From assembly GCA_024636395.1 (NCBI GenBank), contig JAGXHD010000088.1, forward strand, positions 1 to 37,472: a DNA stretch of 37,472 nt, read 5' to 3'. The notes beneath the pieces were generated by a model. It ran no database searches, was not told where the DNA came from, and worked only from the letters and a program-made list of their open reading frames with translations. Shown one piece after another: positions 37,132-37,472 of this stretch. Position 1 is the stretch's first letter; each line of letters opens with the position of its first letter. A program made the translations under genes and the position numbers. This DNA is from Sulfitobacter sp. (lineage in GTDB: Bacteria > Pseudomonadota > Alphaproteobacteria > Rhodobacterales > Rhodobacteraceae).

Positions 37132-37472
37132 TCAGCGGCGCAGGGCCACGCGCGCGGCCAGCCAGCTCACGATCATCATTGCGAAATCGACCGGCAGCCA
37201 CGCGCGCAGTTGTGCCTCGTCCTCCATCCCGAAGGGGGTGTGGAACAGCGACAGCCCGCCCAGACTGTCGGGCAGCGCCGTCAGCATCAGCGCCGTCAGA
37301 TTGTTGACGAAATGGACCGCCAAAGCAGGCCCGATGCTCCCAGAGCGGGCAGTCAGATCGGCCATCAGCAGCCCGAACATGCCTGCCCAAACAGTGATCA
37401 TCACCGCGTTCTGTCCTGCCTCGACAGGCTGGTAGTGACCGAAGGCAAACAGCACCGATGGCAGGACCATCC
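37132..37472 (-). CDS. CPBP family intramembrane glutamic endopeptidase, N-terminus outside the window
   Basis: The downstream CPBP motifs are present (FAFGH and HFVNN). The EExxxR motif expected upstream is not in the window. The frame is open to the window edge. Confidence 0.65.
   Translation of the reverse strand, partial: MVLPSVLFAFGHYQPVEAGQNAVMITVWAGMFGLLMADLTARSGSIGPALAVHFVNNLTALMLTALPDSLGGLSLFHTPFGMEDEAQLRAWLPVDFAMMIVSWLAARVALRR

Overview
This window looks like GC-rich alphaproteobacterial chromosome, probably Rhodobacterales (roseobacter-like). That placement is inferred from gene content and synteny, namely pmbA-IMPase, DUF4170-kdtA-lpxK, DUF721/mutY, rnhB-ccrM and accD-folC. Genes are tightly packed on both strands, many with ATGA/TGATG start-stop overlaps. 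About 44 protein-coding genes are supportable. They include LPS core and lipid A genes (kdtA, lpxK), DNA maintenance genes (mutY, rnhB, ccrM), asd, accD, folC and zapE. Also present are an AlkB-type alkane hydroxylase, paaI-paaK, a formaldehyde-detoxification esterase (fghA), several MFS/AEC transporters and a beta-carbonic anhydrase-sbtA-sbtB inorganic-carbon module. I saw no rRNA, tRNA, CRISPR array, transposase, integrase or recognisable defence or phage genes, so this is mostly core genome rather than an accessory island. Four loci are the least explained. (1) At 12.0-13.65 kb there are three uncharacterised envelope genes: a secreted protein with a 2-Cys repeat, divergent from a small secreted protein that directly abuts a two-TM protein ending in an OmpR/PhoB-type winged helix with no receiver domain. 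The shared promoter carries AATAAC repeats. (2) At 18.5-19.2 kb there is a gene encoding a possible ribbon-helix-helix N-terminus followed by a gapless internal duplication of a 51-aa module. It is preceded by the only exact CtrA-type TTAA-N7-TTAAC box I could find in the window. (3) At 9.56-10.0 kb there is a 444-bp spacer of about 46% G+C with no long ORF, downstream of ccrM and an orphan receiver gene. (4) The ccrM upstream region carries two GANTC sites. Function assignments rest on motif recognition in the supplied translations. No database search, GC scan or RNA folding was run, and many start codons are my own choices among in-frame candidates.
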